From IMG/VR virus record IMGVR_UViG_3300044701_000569, positions 124,001 through 188,000 of that record: a DNA stretch of 64,000 nucleotides; one strand, given 5' to 3'. Numbering within the stretch: position 1 is the stretch's first letter; every line of letters begins with the position of its first letter. Both the position numbers and the translations under genes were made by a program. Below, piece by piece: positions 59,461-64,000 of this stretch. The notes under the pieces are model-generated. The model was not told where the DNA came from, did no database searches, and was given only the letters and a program-made list of their open reading frames with translations.

Positions 59461-60646
59461 AATAGTTCTATGGTACGATGATTTGCATAAAAGTAACTGT
59501 AGTTATGCGGATGCTGTCTACCCTACTAGAACTATTGTCAACAAATTAAACACTAATAAAATAGAATTTTCTATAAAACATCTAGGTGATCCTGTTGATC
59601 ACTCAGATACAAATGTTTACATTATTGAATTGTTGAATGTCTATATCGACTATGACATTTTCTCTTTAATTACAGAAGAAACAAAAGAGTTACTAAGACA
59701 AAATGTAAAATTAGTACTCTATTACCCAAGAGAAGGTCATGCGTTTGATAATTGGCTATTAAACATTTATAAAAATCTTAAAAAACATAATCTGTTAACA
59801 AATAAAATTTTCTTTGCATACGGTGATAACGAATTTGTAGAAAATTATTTAACATATATCAAAGAGCACAATATTGAAGATTTTTTAATCCCAATATTGT
59901 TTGATTTTTATAAAGGTGACTATTATGAAAACGCTAATTGTTTTAACAGATCCCTTAGTCACAAAAGAAAATTTGATTATTTGTTTTATAATGGAAAGAT
60001 AAGACCACATAGGCTATACGCAGTTGCTGAATTAAAGCATCGTCAAATTTTAAATAACGGTCTAGTAAGCCTAATTGGATCAAAACATACGATAGGTCAT
60101 TATGAAATAGATGAGTGTTTAAAAATACTAACAGAAAATAATTGCTGTCATTCTTATATAAAAGAATTTGCAAACAATTGGTCATCGTTAGTTCTTGATA
60201 CTGATAATAACAATTTTTCTCAAAACGCAGTTTACAATAATGCAATTAATCATTATTCCTCAACTTTTTTTAGTGTAATAAGTGAAACAGGGTTAGTATA
60301 TAGATTTATTACAGAAAAGATTTATAAACCTATGGCAAATTTACATCCGTTTATTCTTATAGGACCACCAAATATGTTAAGTTTATTAAGATCTAAAGGA
60401 TATAAGACATTTCCTGAAATGTTTAATGAATCATATGATAGTGAATTAGATCCTGTTAAACGAATTAACTTAGTTTTAGACGAGATAGAAAAATTTGCTA
60501 ATCTACCTACTGAAGAAAAACAAGAAAAATTTAAATCTATTAAAGACAAATTAGAATTTAATAAATCTCTATATATAAAAACTGCAAGGGATTCTAAAGC
60601 TAAAGATTTTATTGATATGTTTAAAACGATAGGTAATACAAAATGA
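59453..60646 (+). CDS. putative GT-B glycosyltransferase with a GT10-like TEK motif; paralog of 52494
   Basis: YLFYNGKIRPHR; FSVISETG..YRFITEKIYKPM..LHPFILIGPPN.L..L...GYKTF..MFNESYD. Confidence 0.5.
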   Translation: MNKIVLWYDDLHKSNCSYADAVYPTRTIVNKLNTNKIEFSIKHLGDPVDHSDTNVYIIELLNVYIDYDIFSLITEETKELLRQNVKLVLYYPREGHAFDNWLLNIYKNLKKHNLLTNKIFFAYGDNEFVENYLTYIKEHNIEDFLIPILFDFYKGDYYENANCFNRSLSHKRKFDYLFYNGKIRPHRLYAVAELKHRQILNNGLVSLIGSKHTIGHYEIDECLKILTENNCCHSYIKEFANNWSSLVLDTDNNNFSQNAVYNNAINHYSSTFFSVISETGLVYRFITEKIYKPMANLHPFILIGPPNMLSLLRSKGYKTFPEMFNESYDSELDPVKRINLVLDEIEKFANLPTEEKQEKFKSIKDKLEFNKSLYIKTARDSKAKDFIDMFKTIGNTK

Positions 60647-61251
60647 AAGTTGAGATTGAAGATGTTTTATTTTGGATGGATGCCATACGTAATAGCGAAG
60701 ATAGGTATCGAACTCTTGAAAGTTTTTGGAAAGGTCAAATTCGAAGTAAAGTATGGTTAATTAATAATTTAGATTTATTAGTTAATGCTTATCCTAAATC
60801 TATTGTAATTCATGGGGGATGGAATGGAGTTCTTGCTAGTTTACTTTTTAATAGTAAAATAATGAATATTTCTCATATTACCAGTGTTGATATTGATACA
60901 GTCTGCGAAGAAACTGCAAGAACAGTAAATAAACGTCAAGAAATTGAAGGTAGGTTTAAAGCAGTTACAGCTGATATGTGTACATATCAATATGAACAAG
61001 TACCAGACATTGTTATTAATACTAGTTGCGAGCATATAACACAGGAGCAATATGAGGAATGGTTAAATAATGTTCCAGAACAAACTCTTATTGTTTTACA
61101 AAGTAATAATTACTTTGAGTTAGAAGAACATATAAGATGTAGTATTGATGTAGAAGATTTTAAAAATATGTCTAAAATAAATGTTATGTACAGCGGTGAA
61201 TTTGAAACACCAAAGTATAAAAGATTCATGCTAATAGGAAAAAAGAAATGA
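60643..61251 (+). CDS. class I SAM-dependent methyltransferase
   Basis: IVIHGGWNG (motif I), TSVDID (motif II acidic), TADM, DIVINTSCEH (motif IV). Confidence 0.8.
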   Translation: MKVEIEDVLFWMDAIRNSEDRYRTLESFWKGQIRSKVWLINNLDLLVNAYPKSIVIHGGWNGVLASLLFNSKIMNISHITSVDIDTVCEETARTVNKRQEIEGRFKAVTADMCTYQYEQVPDIVINTSCEHITQEQYEEWLNNVPEQTLIVLQSNNYFELEEHIRCSIDVEDFKNMSKINVMYSGEFETPKYKRFMLIGKKK

Positions 61252-62660
61252 CTGATAAATTTTGGTGTAATTCAGGTAACAAGCAGTTAGAAAAATACCA
61301 ACAAGAAATTGAAACAAAGTCCGGTACACCAACCTTTTGCGTATTACCATGGATACATTTTGCTACACGCCCTAATGGAGATATGAGACTTTGCTGTTCA
61401 GCTAACGCTAGCGGCGCCGGCCAAGATCATGAAGTTGGGTTGGTAAAAATGGAACACGGTCGTCCTGCAAACTTTGGTCGTGAAACTCCTATGCAAGCAT
61501 GGAACAACGACTATATGAAAAGTGTTAGAACAACTATGATAAAAGGTGAAATACCATCAAGTTGTTCTAAGTGTTTTAGAGAAGAAGAAAAAGGCGTAGT
61601 TAGTAAACGTGTTTGGGAAACAGGCACTTGGATGCTAGATGGTATTGATCTTAAGGAATTAATTGAAAATACAGACGAAGATGGTATTGTACCAGAACGT
61701 TTGCAGTATCTTGATTTAAGACTAGGACACACTTGTAATTTAAAATGTGTTATGTGTAGTCCTCATGATAGTAGTAGATGGGTAGATGACCATAAAAAGA
61801 TTTATCCTTTATTTCAAAATGACTCGCTTAAAAAGCAAATGAGTTGGGACGCGGGATCTTTTAATAATTATTGGTATGAAAATCCTGTATTTTGGGAACA
61901 GATGTATGCACAGATACCCTATCTAAAGCAGGTTTACTTTGCAGGCGGCGAACCTTTAATGATAAAGGAACACAAGAATCTTTTAAAAGAAATTGTACGC
62001 CAAGGTTATGCTGATAAGATTTTAATTAGATACAATTCTAACGGATTATTACTAGACGAAGAAACATTAGAGTTATGGAAAAATTTTAAGAAAGTAAAAT
62101 TTGCTGTGAGTATTGATGATATTACTGACAGAAACTATTACATTAGATATCCGTCTGATTGGGATAGATTAGAAAAGAATATGCATATTCTTGATAATAC
62201 GCCTAGCAACGTACAAGTAAGTATTGCTACAGCTATTCAAATCCTAAACATAAAAACTCTACCTGAATTAGCAAAGTGGAAAATTACACAGAATTTTAAA
62301 AAGATAAATTTTGAAAATGTTTATGAAGGTATACAAGCCGGCGGCGGAATAGTAAACATGCACTTATTGTATATACCTACTTTTTTAAGTATACGATGCT
62401 TGCCTAAAGAGGACAAGCAAGAAGTAAGAAAAATATTTGAAGATTTTAGATTATGGCTTCTAGAAAACTATACACAAGATTCAGACTTTTGGAATGTAAA
62501 TCCGTATGGGTGGAAGCGTTGGCAGGCTGTTTTAGATTTTATGGACGGTGAAGATCATACACACGAACTACCGGCATTTAAAGAATACATACATAAACTA
62601 GATTCTATTAGAAACACAGATTTTAAAACTATTTTTCCGTTATTGAGTCACTTAGTATGA
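61248..62660 (+). CDS. N-terminal twitch-domain radical SAM enzyme
   Basis: CVLPWIHF..RPNG..RLCC...CSKCF.EE..G..SKR; DLRLGHTCNLKCVMC; FAGGEPL; YNSNG. Confidence 0.93.
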   Translation: MTDKFWCNSGNKQLEKYQQEIETKSGTPTFCVLPWIHFATRPNGDMRLCCSANASGAGQDHEVGLVKMEHGRPANFGRETPMQAWNNDYMKSVRTTMIKGEIPSSCSKCFREEEKGVVSKRVWETGTWMLDGIDLKELIENTDEDGIVPERLQYLDLRLGHTCNLKCVMCSPHDSSRWVDDHKKIYPLFQNDSLKKQMSWDAGSFNNYWYENPVFWEQMYAQIPYLKQVYFAGGEPLMIKEHKNLLKEIVRQGYADKILIRYNSNGLLLDEETLELWKNFKKVKFAVSIDDITDRNYYIRYPSDWDRLEKNMHILDNTPSNVQVSIATAIQILNIKTLPELAKWKITQNFKKINFENVYEGIQAGGGIVNMHLLYIPTFLSIRCLPKEDKQEVRKIFEDFRLWLLENYTQDSDFWNVNPYGWKRWQAVLDFMDGEDHTHELPAFKEYIHKLDSIRNTDFKTIFPLLSHLV

Positions 62661-63655
62661 AACAACTAGCAAGAGTTATTACTACACAAGATCCTACTCT
62701 TTTAGATGTGAGATTTTGGCCTACCGATATTTGTAACTTTAGTTGTAACTATTGTTTTCCTGGCAGTGTTCTTAACAAGTATCGTTATCCTAAAAATGTC
62801 AACACTGTAATAAAGAATTTTAGAATACTGTTTGATGCATATATGAAACTGCATAACAAGAAAAAGTTTAAGATAAACATAGTAGGGGGAGGTGAACCTA
62901 CATTATGGCCGCATCTCTCAGAGTTCTGTCAAGGCATTAAAGAAACACATCCAGTTGAAATACAATTGACTTCTAACGGCAGTAGAACTCTTAGATGGTG
63001 GGAAGAAAATAGTTTATATGTTGATAAAGTAGTATTAAGTTGTCATTACAAAGATGTTGACATTAATAATTTTATTCAAGTAGCTGATTATATTTTTGGA
63101 AGAGGTACAGACATAGGTGCTCTAATGCTTATGGATGCTACGGCTTGGGATACATGTGTTGAATTAATTGAACAAATGAGAAGCAGTAAACATCCTTGGA
63201 TTATACAAGCAAAAGAAGTTGTAGATGCTCCAGGATATGATATAAGAAACTATACAGCAGAACAGCTCAGTTATTTTAAACAACCTTTTAAACGTGTTCC
63301 GGATACTAATTGGATTATTAATAACATACATAGATTTAGAGTACACGAAAGTGTATCGCTTTATGATGATAATTCTGTAGAGCTAGCACTACCTAACTAT
63401 TACATAGTTAATAAATTAAATCAATGGAAGGGTTGGAATTGTAATGTGGCTCTTGAAAATCTAGTTATTACTTATGACGGTACAGTTACAGGTAGTTGTC
63501 AAGAACCTGTGTTTTCTAATTCTAATTTAAATATGTTTGCAGAAGATTTTGAAGAAAAATTTAGCGAAGAATCGCTAAGTTTAAAAACATTAATTTGTCC
63601 AAGAATGAATTGTAGCTGCCAACCAGATACGCACATTACAAAATGGAAGTCTTAG
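62657..63655 (+). CDS. radical SAM enzyme with a C-terminal Cys-rich auxiliary domain
   Basis: FWPTDICNFSCNYC, VGGGEPT, TSNGSR..WW; C-terminal GWNCNVA...YDG.V.GSC...CPRMNCSCQPD. Confidence 0.92.
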   Translation: MKQLARVITTQDPTLLDVRFWPTDICNFSCNYCFPGSVLNKYRYPKNVNTVIKNFRILFDAYMKLHNKKKFKINIVGGGEPTLWPHLSEFCQGIKETHPVEIQLTSNGSRTLRWWEENSLYVDKVVLSCHYKDVDINNFIQVADYIFGRGTDIGALMLMDATAWDTCVELIEQMRSSKHPWIIQAKEVVDAPGYDIRNYTAEQLSYFKQPFKRVPDTNWIINNIHRFRVHESVSLYDDNSVELALPNYYIVNKLNQWKGWNCNVALENLVITYDGTVTGSCQEPVFSNSNLNMFAEDFEEKFSEESLSLKTLICPRMNCSCQPDTHITKWKS

Positions 63656-64000
63656 TCAGCGGAATGTCTGCTGCACAAGTACACCAATTTCTATCACAAA
63701 TTATTTCTGATGCTGGAATACGAAAATCTCCTTTATAGATATTTCCTAAACTACCGCCAACCCTGCAAGTAGCTCGGTGTACTTCACCATCCCAGTTAAT
63801 CATTAGACTTTCAATACCTGCACTGCATTTCCAATCTTTAAATTTATTCATATGCAGTTTTATTATATCATTAGCATGATATAGATCTTTGTTGTCAACT
63901 ATGCAATTTTCTTTTGCTGTTGCGTTGTTTTCTAATAGATATTTTAAGTCATTAGGTTGATATCTCATGTCGTCGAACCAATCGTGATCACCTTCGGTCC
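63636..64000 (-). CDS. 3' end of a probable radical SAM gene (C-terminal Cys-rich auxiliary domain); 5' part lies beyond the window
   Basis: Frame stays open to the window edge (TEGDHDWFDDMRYQ...), so the track's Met is internal. NKFKDWKCSAGIESLMINWDGEVHRATC...CDRNWCTCAAD matches the auxiliary domain of 46763, 62657 and 49029. Confidence 0.8.
   Translation of the reverse strand, partial: TEGDHDWFDDMRYQPNDLKYLLENNATAKENCIVDNKDLYHANDIIKLHMNKFKDWKCSAGIESLMINWDGEVHRATCRVGGSLGNIYKGDFRIPASEIICDRNWCTCAADIPLTKTSIL

Noticed and set aside
43205-63655. rSAMs as QueE (7-deazaguanine DNA modification), NrdG/PFL activases or MoaA
   Set aside because: No CxxxCxxCD[TS] QueE pattern, and no QueC, QueD, FolE, DpdA, NrdD, glycyl-radical enzyme or MoaC in the window; all carry extra Cys-rich domains.
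38869-63655. RiPP cluster with a small precursor peptide
   Set aside because: No intergenic space for a precursor ORF, and no PqqD/RRE domain, transporter or peptidase seen. A substrate encoded elsewhere, or virion proteins as substrates, cannot be excluded.
46763-63655. Viperin-like antiviral rSAMs (W...CN..C.YC / FSGGEP / SNGS resemblance)
   Set aside because: The shared motifs are generic rSAM features, and these proteins have an extra C-terminal Cys cluster that viperins lack. An HMM search would settle it.
1-64000. Stop-codon recoding, as in some jumbo phages
   Set aside because: The standard code gives near-complete coding density including a 5131-aa ORF; TAA, TGA and TAG (e.g. 56195-56197) all act as stops at gene junctions.
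1-64000. CRISPR array, tRNA, intron/intein or homing endonuclease
   Set aside because: Intergenic gaps are at most ~105 nt; I saw no regularly spaced repeats, cloverleafs, intein terminal motifs or LAGLIDADG/HNH/GIY-YIG motifs.

Overview
This window is a 64-kb, AT-rich, very densely coded fragment of a large T4-like (contractile-tailed) bacteriophage genome, in three parts. (1) 1-2224, minus strand: the conserved T4-type gp55 late sigma factor, gp47 and gp46 recombination module, driven by sigma70-consensus promoters. (2) 2301-38763, plus strand: a baseplate/tail morphogenesis block. It has a tube-initiator-like protein, gp53-like, hub, a lambda-type lysozyme protein, a gp5-like spike with a C-terminal M15 peptidase, gp25, gp6, a 5131-aa giant wedge/adhesin protein, three paralogous tail fibres and two paralogous structural proteins. 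T4-type TAAATA late-promoter cores lie in its intergenic gaps. (3) 38869-64000: an almost gap-free 25-gene plus-strand operon with 11 radical SAM enzymes, 6 glycosyltransferase-like proteins, 2 SGNH-fold proteins, a 2OG-Fe(II) oxygenase, a SAM methyltransferase and 4 unknown proteins. It meets the 3' end of a 12th radical-SAM-type gene on the minus strand. This radical SAM/glycosyltransferase cluster, directly downstream of the tail-fibre genes, is the best candidate for an undescribed system; my inference is that it builds and tailors a glycan on the virion or host surface. I saw no tRNA, rRNA, CRISPR array, integrase, transposase or reverse transcriptase. All product calls come from motif recognition by eye; no database search was run.
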